Shown piece after piece: positions 33,001 to 51,000 of a stretch of 64,000 bases of DNA. Location of the stretch: NCBI GenBank assembly GCA_964016885.1, contig OZ024742.1:219728001-219792000 (forward strand). Direction: 5' to 3'. Each line of letters begins with the position of its first letter. Position 1 is the stretch's first letter. Below the pieces are notes generated by a model. The model saw only the letters and a list, made by a program, of their open reading frames with translations. It had not been told where the DNA came from and did not search any database. A program made the translations under genes and the position numbers. The DNA comes from Eledone cirrhosa (lineage: Eukaryota).

Positions 33001-36000
33001 GACTATAATATAGTGTAAGTGACTATAATATACTATATGTGACAATAATATAGAGTATGTGACTATAATATACTATATGTAACTATAATATATTGTATGT
33101 GACTATAATATACTGTATGTGACTATAATATGTGTATGTGACTATAATATAGTGTATGTGACTATAATATAGTGTATGTGACTATAATATAGTGTATGTA
33201 ACTATAATATAGTGTATGTAACTATAATATACTGTATGTGACTATACTATAGTGTAAGTGACTACAATATAGTGTATGTAACTATAATATAGTGTATGTG
33301 ACTATAATATAGTGTAAGTAACTATAATATATTGTATGTGACTATAATATATTGTATGTGACTATAATATAGTGTATGTGACTATAATATACTGTATGTG
33401 ACTATAATATAATATATGTGACTATAATATAGTGTATGTAACTATAATATAGTGTATGTGACTATAATATATTGTATGTGACTATAATATAGTGTATGCA
33501 ACTATAATATAGTGTATGTGACTATAATATAGTGTATGTGACTATAATATAGTGTATGTAACTATAATATAGTGTATGTGACTATAATATAGTGTATGTG
33601 ACTATAATATAGTGAATGTGGCTACAATATAATGTATGTAACTATAATATAGTGTATGTGACTATACTATAGTGAATGTGACCATAATATAGTGTATGTA
33701 ACTATAATATAGTTTATGTGACTATAATATATTGTATGTAACTATAATATAGTGTATGTGACTGTAATATATTGTATGTGACTATAATATAGTGTATGTG
33801 ACTATAATATAGTGTATGTGACTATAATATAGTGTATGTGACTATAATATATTGTATGTGACTATAATATATTGTATGTAACTATAATATAGTGTATGTA
33901 ACTATACTATAGTGTATGTAACTATACTATAGTGTATGTAACTATAATATAGTGTATGTGACTATAATATAGTGTATGTGACAATACTATAGTGTATGTG
34001 ACTATACTATAGTGTATGTAACTATACTATAGTGTATGTAACTATAATATAGTTTATGTGACTATAATATATTGTATGTAACTATAATATAGTGTATGTG
34101 ACTATAATATAGTGTATGTGACTATAATATAGTGTATGTGACTATAATATAGTGTATGTGACTATAATATAGTGTATGTGACTATAATATTGTGTATGTG
34201 ACTATAATATAGAGTATGTGACTATAATATAGTGAATGTGACTATAATATACTATATGTGACTATAATATAGTGTATGTAACTATAATATAGTGTATGTG
34301 ACCATAATATAGTGTATGTGACTATAATATACTATATGTGACTATAATATATTATATGTGACTATAATATAGTGTATGTGACTATACAATAGTCTATGTG
34401 AATATAATATATTGTATGTAACTATAATATAGTATATATAACTTTAATATAGTGTATGTGACTATAATATACTATATATAACTATAATATATTGTATGTG
34501 ACTATAATATAGTGTATGTGACTATAATATACTGTATGTGACTATAATATAATATATGTGACTATAATATAGTGTATGTAACTATACTATAGTGTATGTG
34601 ACTATAATATATTGTATGTGACTATAATATAGTGTATGTGACTATAATATAGTGTAAGTGACTATAATATACTATATGTGACAATAATATAGTGTATGTG
34701 ACTATAATATACTATATGTAACTATAATATATTGTATGTGACTATAATATACTGTATGTGACTATAATATGTGTATGTGACTATAATATAGTGTATGTGA
34801 CTATAATATAGTGTATGTGACTATAATATAGTGTATGTAACTATAATATAGTGTATGTAACTATAATATACTGTATGTGACTATACTATAGTGTAAGTGA
34901 CTACAATATAGTGTATGTAACTATAATATAGTGTATGTGACTATAATATAGTGTATGTAACTATAATATATTGTATGTGACTATAATATATTGTATGTGA
35001 CTATAATATAGTGTATGTGACTATAATATATTGTATGTGACTATAATATAGTGTATGCAACTATAATGTATTGTATGTAACTATAATATAGTGTATGTGA
35101 CTATAATATAGTGTATGTGACTATAATATAGTGTATGTAACTATAATATAGTGTATGTGACTATAATATAGTGTATGTGACTATACTATAGTGAATGTGG
35201 CTATAATATAGTGTATGTAACTATAATATAGTGTATGTGACTATACTATAGTGAATGTGACTATAATATAGTGTATGTAACTATAATATAGTTTATGTGA
35301 CTATAATATATTGTATGTAACCATAATATAGTGTATGTGACTATAATATATTGTATGTGACTATAATATAGTGTATGTGACTATAATATAGTGTATGTGA
35401 CTATAATATAGTGTATGTGACTATAATATATTGTATGTGACTATAATATATTGTATGTGACTATAATATATTGAATGTAACTATAATATAGTGTATGTAA
35501 CTATACTATAGTGTATGTAACTATACTATAGTGTATGTAACTATAATATAGTGTATGTGACTATAATATATTGTATGTGACTATAATATATTGTATGTAA
35601 CTATAATATAGTGTATGTAACTATACTATAGTGTATGTAACTATACTATAGTGTATGTAACTATAATATAGTGTATGTGACTATAATATAGTGTATGTGA
35701 CTATACTATAGTGTCTGTGACTATACTATAGTGTATGTAACTATACTATAGTGTATGTAACTATAATATAGTTTATGTGACTATAATATATTGTATGTAA
35801 CTATAATATAGTGTATGTGACTATAATATATTGTATGTGACTATAATATAGTGTATGTGACTATAATATAGTGTATGTGACTATAATATAGTGTATGTGA
35901 CTATAATATACTATATGTAACTATAATATACTATATGTGAATATAATATACTATATGTGACTATAATATACTATATGTGACTATAATATACTATATGTGA

Positions 36001-39000
36001 CTATAATATACTATATGTGACTATAATATACTATATTTGACTATAATATACTATATGTGACTATAATGTACTATATGTGACTATAATATACTGTATGTGA
36101 CTATAATATAGTGTATGTGACTATAATATACTATATGTCACTATAATATAGTGTATGTAACTATACTATAGTGTATGCGACTATAATATATTGTATGTGA
36201 CTATAATATAGTGTATGTTACTATAATATATTGTATGTGACTATAATATAGTGTATGTGACTATAATATAGTGTATGTGACTATAATATACTATATGTGA
36301 CTATAATATAGTGTATGTGACTATAGTATACTATATGTAACTATAATATATTGTATGTTACTATAATATACTGTATGTGACTATAATATGTGTATGTAAC
36401 TACAATATAGTGTATGTAACTATAATATAGTGTATGTAACTATAATATAGTGTATGTGACTATAATATAGTGAATGTGACTCTAATATAGTGTATGTAAC
36501 TATAATATAGTGTATGTGACTATAATATAGTGTATGTGACTATACTATAGTGTATGTGACTATAATATAGTGTATGTGACTATAATATATTGTATGTAAC
36601 TATAATATATTGTATGTAACTATACTATATTGTATGTGACTATAATATATTGTATGTAACTATACTATAGTGTATGTAACTATACTATAGTGTATGTAAC
36701 TATAATATAGTGTATGTGACTATAATATAGTGTATGTGACTATAATATAGTGTATGCAACTATAATATATTGTACGTAACTATACTATAGTGTATGTAAC
36801 TATAATATAGTGTATGTGACTATACTATAGCGTATGTGACTATAATATAGTGTATGTGACTATAATATAGTGTATGCAACTATAATATATTGTACGTAAC
36901 TATACTATAGTGTATGTAACTATAATATAGTGTATGTGACTATACTATAGCGTATGTGACTATAATATAGTGTATGTGACTATAATATATTGTATGTAAC
37001 TATAATATATTGTATGTGACTATAATATAGTGTATGTGACTATAATATACTATATGTGACTATAATATAGTGTATGTGACTATAATATAGTGTATGTGAC
37101 TATAATATACTATATGTAACTATAATATATTGTATGTGACTATAATATACTGTATGTGACTATAATATGTGTACGTGACTACAATATAGTGTATGTAACT
37201 ATAATATAGTGTATGTAATTATAATATATTGTATGTGACTATAATATACTGTATGTGACTATAATATATTATATGTGACTATAATATAGCGTATGTGACT
37301 ATAATATAGTGTATGTGACTATAATATATTGTATGTGACTATAATATAGTGTATGTAACTATAATATAGTGTATGTGACTATACTATAGTGTATGTGACT
37401 ATAATATAGTGTATGTGACTATAATATAGTGTATGTAACTATAATATACTATATGTGATTATCATATATTGTATGTAACTATATTATAGTGTATGTAACT
37501 ATAATATATTGTATGTGACTATAATATACTGTATGTGACTATAATATATTATATGTGACTATAATATATGGTATGTGACTACAATATAATGTATGTGTCT
37601 ATAATATATTGTATGTGACTATAATATAGTGTATGTGACTATAATATAGTGTATGTAACTATAATATAATGTATGTGACTATAATATAATTTATGTGACT
37701 ATAATATAGTGTATGTGAATATAATATACTATATGTAACTATAATATAGTGTATGTGACTATAATATATTGTATGTGAGTATAATATAGTGTATGGGACT
37801 ATAATATAGTGTATGTGACTATACTATAGTGTATGTAACTATAATATAGTGTATGTGACTATAATATAGTGTATGTGACTATAATATACTATATGTGTCT
37901 ATAATATACTATATGTGTCTATAATATACTATATGTGACTATAATATACTATGTGTGACTATAATATAGTGTATGTGACTATAATATAGTGTATGTGACT
38001 ATAATATACTATATGTGACTATAATATAGTGTATGTGACTATAATATATTATATGTAACTATAACATACTATATGTGAATATAATATACTATATGTGACT
38101 ATAATATACTATATGTGACTATAATATACTATATGTGACTATAATATAGTGTATGTGACTATAATATCTTGTATGTGACTATAATATAGTGTATGTGACT
38201 ATAATATAGTGTATGTGACTATAACATTCTATATGTGACTATAATATAGTGTATGTAACTATACTATAGTGTATGTGACTATAATATATTGTATGTGACT
38301 ATAATATAGTGTATGTGACTATAATATACTATATGTGACTATAATATAGTGTATGCGACTATAATATAGTGTATGTGACTATAATATACTATATGTAACT
38401 ATAATATATTGTATGTGACTATAATATACTGTATGTGACTACAATATGTGTATGTGACTACAATATAGTGTATGTAACTATAATATAGTGTATGTAACTA
38501 TAATATAGTGTATGTGACTATAATATAGTGAATGTGACTCTAATATAGTGTATGTAACTATAATATAGTGTATGTGACTATAATATAGTGTATGTGACTA
38601 TACTATAGTGTATGTGACTATACTATAGTGTATGTAACTATAATATAGTGTATGTGACTATAATATATTGTATGTAACTATACTATAGTGTATGTGACTA
38701 TAATATAATGTATGTAACTATACTATAGTGTATGTAACTATACTATAGTGTATGTAACTATAATATAGTGTATGTGACTATAATATAGTGTATGTGACTA
38801 TAATATAGTGTATGCAACTATAATATATTGTATGTAACTATACTATAGTGTATGTAACTATAGTATAGTGTATGTGACTATACTATAGTGTATGTGACTA
38901 TAATATAGTGTATGTGACTATAATATATTGTATGTAACTATAATATATTGTACGTGACTATAATATACTGTATGTGACTATAATATACTATATGTGACTA

Positions 39001-42000
39001 CAATATAGCGTATGTGACTATAATATAGTGTATGTAACTATAATATATTGTATGTGACTCTAATATAGTGTATGTAACTATAATATAGTGTATGTGACTA
39101 TACTATAGTGTATGTGACTATAATATAGTGTATGTGACTATAATATAGTGTATGTAACTATAATATACTACATGTGACTATCATATATTCTATGTAACTA
39201 TAATATAGTGTGTGTAACTATAATATATTGTATGTGACTCTAATATAGTGTATGTAACTATAATATAGTGTATGTAAATATAATATATTGTATGTGACTA
39301 CAATATAGTGTATGTGACTATAATATAGTGTATGTAACTATAATATAGTGTATGTAACTATAATATAGTGTATTTGACTATCATATAGTGTATGTGACTA
39401 TAATATAGTGTATGTGACTATAATATAGTGTATGTGACTATAATATAGTGTATGTGACTATAATATAGTGTATTAGACTATAATATAGTGTATGTGACTA
39501 TAATATATTGTATGTGACTATAATATAGTGTATGTGACTATAATATACTATATGTGACTATAATATAGTGTATGTAACTATAATATAGGGTATGTGACTA
39601 TAATATAGTGTATGTTACTATAATATACTATATGTGACTATAATGTACTCTATGTAACTATAATATAGTGTATGTGACTACACTATAGTGAATGTGACTA
39701 TAATATAGTGTATGTGACTATAATATAGTGTATGTGACCATAATATATTGTATGTGACTATAATATATTGTATGTGACTATAATATATTGTATGTGACTA
39801 TACTATAGTGTATGTGACTATACTATACTGTATGTGACTATAATATAGTGTATGTGACTATACTATAGTGTATGTGACTATAATATAGTGTATATAACTA
39901 TAATATAGTGTATGTGACTATAATATAGTGTATGTGACTATAATATAGTGTATATGACTATAATATAGTGTATGTGACTATAATATAGTGTATGTGACTA
40001 TACTATAGTGTATGTGACTATAATATAGTGTATATGACTATAATATACTATATGTGACTATAATATAGTGTATGTGACTATACTATAGTGTATGTGACTA
40101 TACTATAGTGTATGTGACTATAATATAGTGTATATAACTATAATATAGTGTATGTGACTATAATATAGTGTATGTGACTATAATATAGTGTATGTGACTA
40201 TAATATAGTGTATATGACTATAATATAGTGTATGTGACTATAATATAGTGTATGTGACTATAATATAGTGTATGTAACTATAATATATTGTATGTGACTA
40301 TAATATAGTGTATGTAACTATAATATAGTGTATGTGACTATACTATAGTGTATGTGACTATAATATAGGGCATGTGACTATAATATAGTGTATGTAACTA
40401 TAATATACTATATGTGACTATCATATATTGTATGTAACTATAATATAGTGTATGTAACTATAATATAGTGTATGTAACTATAATATATTGTATGTGACTA
40501 CAATATAGTGTATGTGTCTATAATATATTGTATGTGACTACACTATAGTGAATGTGACTATAATATAGTGTATGTGACTATAATATAGTGTATGTGACTA
40601 TAATATAGTGTATGTGACTATAATATATTGTATGAGACTATAATATATTGTATGTGACTATACTATAGTGTATGTGACTATACTATATTGTATGTGACTA
40701 TAATATAGTGTATGTGACTATACTGTAGTGTATGTGACTATACTATAGTGCATGTGACTATAATATAGTGTATATAACTATAATATAGTGTATGTGACTA
40801 TAATATAGTGTATGTGACTATAATATAGTGTATATGACTATAATATAGTGTATGTGACTATAATATAGTGTATGTGACTATACTATAGTGTATGTGACTA
40901 TAATATAGTGTATATGACTATAATATACTATATGTGACTATAATATAGTGTATGTGACTATACTATAGTGTATGTGACTATACTATAGTGTATGTGACTA
41001 TAATATAGTGTATATAACTATAATATAGTGTATGTGACTATAATATAGTGTATGTGACTACAATATGGTGTATGTGACTATAATATAGTGTATGTGACTA
41101 TAATATAGTGTATGTGACTATAATATAGTGTATATGACTATAATATAGTGTATGTGACTATAATATAGTGTATGTGACTATAATATAGTGTATGTAACTA
41201 TAATATATTGTATGTGACTATAATATAGTGTATGTAACTATAATATAGTGTATGTGACTATACTATAGTGTATGTGACTATAATATAGTGCATGTGACTA
41301 TAATATAGTGTATGTAACTATAATATACTATATGTGACTATCATATATTGTATGTAACTATAATATAGTGTATGTAACTATAATATAGTGTATGTAACTA
41401 TAATATATTGTATGTGACTACAATATAGTGTATGTGTCTATAATATATTGTATGTGACTATAATATAGTGTATGTGACTATAAAATAGTGTATGTAACTA
41501 TAATATAGTGTATGTGACTATAATATAATTTATGTGACTATAATATAGTGTATGTGAATATAATATACTTTATGTAACTATAATATAGTGTATGTGACTA
41601 TAATATATTGTATGTGAGTATAATATAGTGTATGTGACTATAATATAGTGTATGTGACTATACTATAGTGTATGTAACTATAATATAGTGTATGTGACTA
41701 TAATATAATGTATGTGACTATAATATACTATATGTGTCTATAATATACTATATGTGACTATAATATACTATGTGTGACTATAATATAGTGTATGTGACTA
41801 AAATATAGTGTATGTCACTATAATATACTATATGTAACTATAACATACTATATGTGAATATAATATACTATATGTGACTATAATATAGTATATGTGACTA
41901 TAATATACTATATCTGACTATAATATAGTGTATGTGACTATAATATAAAGTATGTGACTATAATATAGTGTATGTCACTATAATATAGTGTATGTGACTA

Positions 42001-45000
42001 TAATATACTATATGTGACTATAATATAGTGTATGTAACAATACTATAGTGTATGTGACTATAATATATTGTATGTGACTATAATATAGTGTATGTAACTA
42101 TAATATATTGTATGTGACTATAATATAGTGTATGTGACTATAATATAGTGTATGTGACTATAATATACTATATGTGACTATAATATAGTGTATATGACTA
42201 TAATATAGTGTATGTGACTATAATATACTATATGTAACTATAATATATTGTATGTGACTATAATATACTGTATGTGACTACAATATGTGTATGTGACTAC
42301 AATATAGTGTATGTAACTATAATATAGTGTATGTAACTATAATATAGTGTATGTGACTATACTATAGTGTATGTGACTATACTATAGTGTATGTAACTAT
42401 AATATAGTGTATGTGACTATAATATATTGTATGTAACTATACTATAGTGTATGTGACTATAATATATTGTATGTAACTATACTATAGTGTATGTAACTAT
42501 ACTATAGTGTATGTAACTATAATATAGTGTATGTGACTATAATATAGTGTATGCAACTATAATATATTGTATGTAACTATACTATAGTGTATGTAACTAT
42601 AGTATAGTGTATGTGACTATACTATAGTGTATGTGACTATAATATAGTGTATGTGACTATAATATATTGTATGTAACTATAATATATTGTACGTGACTAT
42701 AATATACTGTATGTGACTATAATATACTATATGTGACTACAATATAGCATATGTGACTATAATATAGTGTATGTAACTATAATATATTGTATGTGACTCT
42801 AATATAGTGTATGTAACTATAATATAGTGTATGTGACTATACTATAGTGTATGTGACTATAATATAGTGTATGTGACTATAATATAGTGTATGTAACTAT
42901 AATATACTACATGTGACTATCATATATTCTATGTAACTATAATATAGTGTATGTAACTATAATATATTGTATGTGACTCTAATATAGTGTATGTAACTAT
43001 AATATAGTGTATGTAAATATAATATATTGTATGTGACTACAATATAGTGTATGTGACTATAATATAGTGTATGTAACTATAATATAGTGTATGTGACTAT
43101 AATATAGTGTATGTAACTATAATATAGTGTATGTAACTATAATATAGTGTATTTGACTATCATATAGTGTATGTGACTATAATATAGTGTATGTGACTAT
43201 AATATAGTGTATGTGACTATAATATAGTGTATGTGACTATAATATAGTGTATTAGACTATAATATAGTGTATGTGACTATAATATATTGTATGTGACTAT
43301 AATATAGTGTATGTGACTATAATATACTATATGTGACTATAATATAGTGTATGTAACTATAATATAGGGTATGTGACTATAATATAGTGTATGTTACTAT
43401 AATATACTATATGTGACTATAATGTACTCTATGTAACTATAATATAGTGTATGTGACTACACTATAGTGAATGTGACTATAATATAGTGTATGTGATTAT
43501 AATATAGTGTATGTGACCATAATATATTGTATGTGACTATAATATATTGTATGTGACTATAATATATTGTATGTGACTATACTATAGTGTATGTGACTAT
43601 ACTATACTGTATGTGACTATAATATAGTGTGACTATACTATAGTGTATGTGACTATAATATAGTGTATATAACTATAATATAGTGTATGTGACTATAATA
43701 TAGTGTATGTGACTATAATATAGTGTATATGACTATAATATAGTGTATGTGACTATAATATAGTGTATGTGACTATACTATAGTGTATGTGACTATAATA
43801 TAGTGTATATGACTATAATATACTATATGTGACTATAATATAGTGTATGTGACTATACTATAGTGTATGTGATTATACTATAGTGTATGTGACTATAATA
43901 TAGTGTATATAACTATAATATAGTGTATGTGACTATAATATAGTGTATGTGACTATAATATAGTGTATGTAACTATAATATAGTGTATGTGACTATAATA
44001 TAGTGTATATGACTATAATATAGTGTATGTGACTATAATATAGTGTATGTGACTATAATATAGTGTATGTAACTATAATATATTGTATGTGACTATAATA
44101 TAGTGTATGTAACTATAATATAGTGTATGTGACTATACTATAGTGTATGTGACTATAATATAGTGCATGTGACTATAATATAGTGTATGTAACTATAATA
44201 TACTATATGTGACTATCATATATTGTATGTAACTATAATATAGTGTATGTAACTATAATATAGTGTATGAAACTATAATATATTGTATGTGACTACAATA
44301 TAGTGTATGTGTCTATAATATATTGTATGTGACTACACTATAGTGAATGTGACTATAATATAGTGTATGTGACTATAATATAGTGTATGTGACCATAATA
44401 TATTGTATGTGACTATAATATATTGTATGTGACTATAATATATTGTATGTGACTATACTATAGTGTATGTGACTATACTATACTGTATGTGACTATAATA
44501 TAGTGTATGTGACTATACTGTAGTGTATGTGACTATACTATAGTGCATGTGACTATAATATAGTGTATATAACTATAATATAGTGTATGTGACTATAATA
44601 TAGTATGTGACTATAATATAGTGTATATGACTATAATATAGTGTATGTGACTATAATATAGTGTATGTGACTATACTATAGTGTATGTGACTATAATATA
44701 GTGTATATGACTATAATATACTATATGTGACTATAATATAGTGTATGTGACTATACTATAGTGTATGTGACTATACTATAGTGTATGTGACTATAATATA
44801 GTGTATATAACTATAATATAGTGTATGTGACTATAATATAGTGTATGTGACTATAATATAGTGTATGTGTCTATAATATAGTGTATGTGACTATAATATA
44901 GTGTATGTGACTATAATATAGTGTATATGACTATAATATAGTGTATGTGACTATAATATAGTGTATGTGACTATAATATAGTGTATGTAACTATAATATA

Positions 45001-48000
45001 TTGTATGTGACTATAATATAGTGTATGTAACTATAATATAGTGTATGTAACTATAATATATTGTATGTGACTACAATATAGTGTATGTGTCTATAATATA
45101 TTGTATGTGACTATAATATAGTGTATGTGACTATAATATAGTGTATGTAACTATAATATAGTGTATGTGACTATAATATAATTTATGTGACTATAATATA
45201 GTGTATGTGAATATAATATACTATATGTAACTATAATATAGTGTATGTGACTATAATATATTGTATGTGAGTATAATATAGTGTATGTAACTATAATATA
45301 GTGTATGTGACTATAATATAATGTATGTGACTATAATATACTATATGTGTCTATAATATAATATATGTGACTATAATATACTATGTGTGACTATAATATA
45401 GTGTATGTGACTAAAATATAGTGTATGTCACTATAATATACTATATGTAACTATAACATAGTATATGTGAATATAATATACTATATGTGACTATAATATA
45501 GTATATGTGACTATAATATACTATATCTGACTATAATATAGTGTATGTGACTATAATATAAAGTATGTGACTATAATATAGTGTATGTCACTATAATATC
45601 GTGTATGTGACTATAATATACTATATGTGACTATAATATAGTGTATGTAACAATACTATAGTGTATGTGACTATAATATATTGTATGTGACTATAATATA
45701 GTGTATGTAACTATAATATATTGTATGTGACTATAATATAGTGTATGTGACTATAATATAGTGTATGTGACTATAATATACTATATGTGACTATAATATA
45801 GTGTATATGACTATAATATAGTGTATGTGACTATAATATACTATATGTAACTATAATATATTGTATGTGACTATAATATACTGTATGTGACTACAATATG
45901 TGTATGTGACTACAATATAGTGTATGTAACTATAATATAGTGTATGTAACTATAATATAGTGTATGTGACTATAATATAGTGAATGTGACTCTAATATAG
46001 TGGATGTAACTATAATATAGTGTATGTGACTATACTATAGTGTATGTGACTATACTATAGTGTATGTGACTATACTATAGTGTATGTAACTATAATATAG
46101 TGTATGTAACTATACTATAGTGTATGTGAATATAATATATTGTATGTAACTATACTATAGTGTATGTAACTATACTATAGTGTATGTAACTATAATATAG
46201 TGTATGTAACTATAATATAGTGTATGTGACTATAATATAGTGTATGCAACTATAATATATTGTATGTATCTATACTATAGTGTATGTAACTATACTATAG
46301 TGTATGTGACTATAATATAGTGTATGTGACTATAATATATTGTATGTAACTATAATATATTGTACGTGACTATAATATACTGTATGTGACTATAATATAC
46401 TATATGTGACTACAATATAGCGTATGTGACTATAATATAGTGTATGTAACTATAATATATTGTATGTGACTCTAATATAGTGTATGTAACTATAATATAC
46501 TGTATGTGACTATACTATAGTGTATGTGACTATAATATAGTGTATGTGACTATAATATAGTGTATGTAACTATAATATACTATATGTGACTATCATATAT
46601 TGTATGTGACTACAATATAGTGTATGTGTCTATAATATATTGTATGTGACTATAATATAGTGTATGTGACTATAATATAGTGTATGTAACTATAATATAG
46701 TGTATGTAACTATAATGTACTATATGTAACTATAATATAGTGTATGTAAATATAATATATTGTATGTGACTACAATATAGTGTATGTGACTATAATATAT
46801 TGTATGTGACTATAATATAGTGTATGTGACTATAATATAGTGTATGTGACTATAATATATTGTATAATTATAATATAGTGTATGTAACTATAATATAGTG
46901 AATGTGACTCTAATATATTGTATGTGACTATAATATAGTGTATATGACTATGATATAGTGTATGTGACTATAATATAGTGTATGTGACTATACTATAGTG
47001 TATGTGACTATAATATAGTGTATATGACTATAATATACTATATGTGACTATAATATAGTGTATGTGACTATACTATAGTGTATGTGACTATACTATAGTG
47101 TATGTGACTATAATATAGTGTATATAACTATAATATAGTGTATGTGACTATAATATAGTGTATGTGACTATAATATAGTGTATGTGACTATAATATAGTG
47201 TATGTGACTATAATATAGTGTATATGACTATAATATAGTGTATGTGACTATAATATAGTGTATGTGACTATAATATAGTGTATGTAACTATAATATATTG
47301 TATGTGACTATAATATAGTGTATGTAACTATAATATAGTGTATGTGACTATACTATAGTGTATGTGACTATAATATAGTGTATGTGACTATAATATAGTG
47401 TATGTGACCATAATATATTGTATGTGACTATAATATATTGTATGTGACTATAATATATTGTATGTGACTATACTATAGTGTATGTGACTATACTATACTG
47501 TATGTGACTATAATATAGTGTATGTGACTATACTGTAGTGTATGTGACTATACTATAGTGTATGTGACTCTAATATAGTGTATATAACTATAATATAGTG
47601 TATGTGACTATAATATAGTGTATGTGACTATAATATAGTGTATATGACTATAATATAGTGTATGTGACTATAATATAGTGTATGTGACTATACTATAGTG
47701 TATGTGACTATAATATAGTGTATATGACTATAATATACTATATGTGACTATAATATAGTGTATGTGACTATACTATAGTGTATGTGACTATACTATAGTG
47801 TATGTGACTATAATATAGTGTATATAACTATAATATAGTGTATGTGACTATAATATAGTGTATGTGACTACAATATAGTGTATGTGACTATAATATAGTG
47901 TATGTGACTATAATATAGTGTATGTGACTATAATATAGTGTATATGACTATAATATAGTGTATGTGACTATAATATAGTGTATGTGACTATAATATAGTG

Positions 48001-51000
48001 TATGTAACTATAATATATTGTATGTGACTATAATATAGTGTATGTAACTATAATATAGTGTATGTGACTATAATATAGTGTATGTGACTATAATATAGTG
48101 CATGTGACTATAATATAGTGTATGTAACTATAATATACTATATGTGACTATCATATATTGTATGTAACTATAATATAGTGTATGTAACTATAATATAGTG
48201 TATGTAACTATAATATATTGTATGTGACTACAATATAGTGTATGTGTCTATAATATATTGTATGTGACTATAATATAGTGTATGTGACTATAATATAGTG
48301 TATGTAACTATAATATAGTGTATGTAACTATAATATAGTGTATGTGACTATAGTATAGTGTATGTGACTATAACATAGTGTATGTGACTATACTATAGTG
48401 TATGTAACTATAATATAGTGTATGTGACTATAATATAATGTATGTGACTATAATATACTATATGTGTCTATAATATACTATATGTGACTATAATATACTA
48501 TGTGTGACTATAATATAGTGTATGTGACTATAATATAGTGTATGTGACTATAATATACTATATGTGACTATAATATAGTGTATGTCACTATAATATACTA
48601 TATGTAACTATAACATACTATATGTGAATATAATATACTATATGTGACTATAATATAGTATATGTGACTATAATATACTATATGTGACTATAATATAGTG
48701 TATGTGACTATAATATAAAGTATGTGACTACAATATAGTGTATGTGTCTATAATATATTGTATGTGACTATAATATAGTGTATGTGACTATAATATAGTG
48801 TATGTAACTATAATATAGTGTATGTGACTATAATATAATTTATGTGACTATAATATAGTGTATGTGAATATAATATACTATATGTAACTATAATATAGTG
48901 TATGTGACTATAATATATTGTATGTGAGTATAATATAGTGTATGTAACTATAATATAGTGTATGTGACTATAATATAATGTATGTGACTATAATATACTA
49001 TATGTGTCTATAATATAATATATGTGACTATAATATACTATGTGTGACTATAATATAGTGTATGTGACTAAAATATAGTGTATGTCACTATAATATACTA
49101 TATGTAACTATAACATAGTATATGTGAATATAATATACTATATGTGACTATAATATAGTATATGTGACTATAATATACTATATCGGACTATAATATAGTG
49201 TATGTGACTATAATATAAAGTATGTGACTATAATATAGTGTATGTCACTATAATATCGTGTATGTGACTATAATATACTATATGTGACTATAATATAGTG
49301 TATGTAACAATACTATAGTGTATGTGACTATAATATATTGTATGTGACTATAATATAGTGTATGTAACTATAATATATTGTATGTGACTATAATATAGTG
49401 TATGTGACTATAATATAGTGTATGTGACTATAATATACTATATGTGACTATAATATAGTGTATATGACTATAATATAGTGTATGTGACTATAATATACTA
49501 TATGTAACTATAATATATTGTATGTGACTATAATATACTGTATGTGACTACAATATGTGTATGTGACTACAATATAGTGTATGTAACTATAATATAGTGT
49601 ATGTAACTATAATATAGTGTATGTGACTATAATATAGTGAATGTGACTCTAATATAGTGGATGTAACTATAATATAGTGTATGTGACTATACTATAGTGT
49701 ATGTGACTATACTATAGTGTATGTGACTATACTATAGTGTATGTAACTATAATATAGTGTATGTAACTATACTATAGTGTATGTGAATATAATATATTGT
49801 ATGTAACTATACTATAGTGTATGTAACTATACTATAGTGTATGTAACTATAATATAGTGTATGTAACTATAATATAGTGTATGTGACTATAATATAGTGT
49901 ATGCAACTATAATATATTGTATGTATCTATACTATAGTGTATGTAACTATACTATAGTGTATGTGACTATACTATAGTGTATGTGACTATAATATAGTGT
50001 ATGTGACTATAATATATTGTATGTAACTATAATATATTGTACGTGACTATAATATACTGTATGTGACTATAATATACTATATGTGACTACAATATAGCGT
50101 ATGTGACTATAATATAGTGTATGTAACTATAATATATTGTATGTGACTCTAATATAGTGTATGTAACTATAATATACTGTATGTGACTATACTATAGTGT
50201 ATGTGACTATAATATAGTGTATGTGACTATAATATAGTGTATGTAACTATAATATACTATATGTGACTATCATATATTGTATGTGACTACAATATAGTGT
50301 ATGTGTCTATAATATATTGTATGTGACTATAATATAGTGTATGTGACTATAATATAGTGTATGTAACTATAATATAGTGTATGTAACTATAATGTACTAT
50401 ATGTAACTATAATATAGTGTATGTAAATATAATATATTGTATGTGACTACAATATAGTGTATGTGACTATAATATATTGTATGTGACTATAATATAGTGT
50501 ATGTGACTATAATATAGTGTATGTGACTATAATATATTGTATAATTATAATATAGTGTATGTAACTATAATATAGTGAATGTGACTCTAATATATTGTAT
50601 GTGACTATAATATAGTGTATATGACTATGATATAGTGTATGTGACTATAATATAGTGTATGTGACTATACTATAGTGTATGTGACTATAATATAGTGTAT
50701 ATGACTATAATATACTATATGTGACTATAATATAGTGTATGTGACTATACTATAGTGTATGTGACTATACTATAGTGTATGTGACTATAATATAGTGTAT
50801 ATAACTATAATATAGTGTATGTGACTATAATATAGTGTATGTGACTATAATATAGTGTATGTGACTATAATATAGTGTATGTGACTATAATATAGTGTAT
50901 ATGACTATAATATAGTGTATGTGACTATAATATAGTGTATGTGACTATAATATAGTGTATGTAACTATAATATATTGTATGTGACTATAATATAGTGTAT

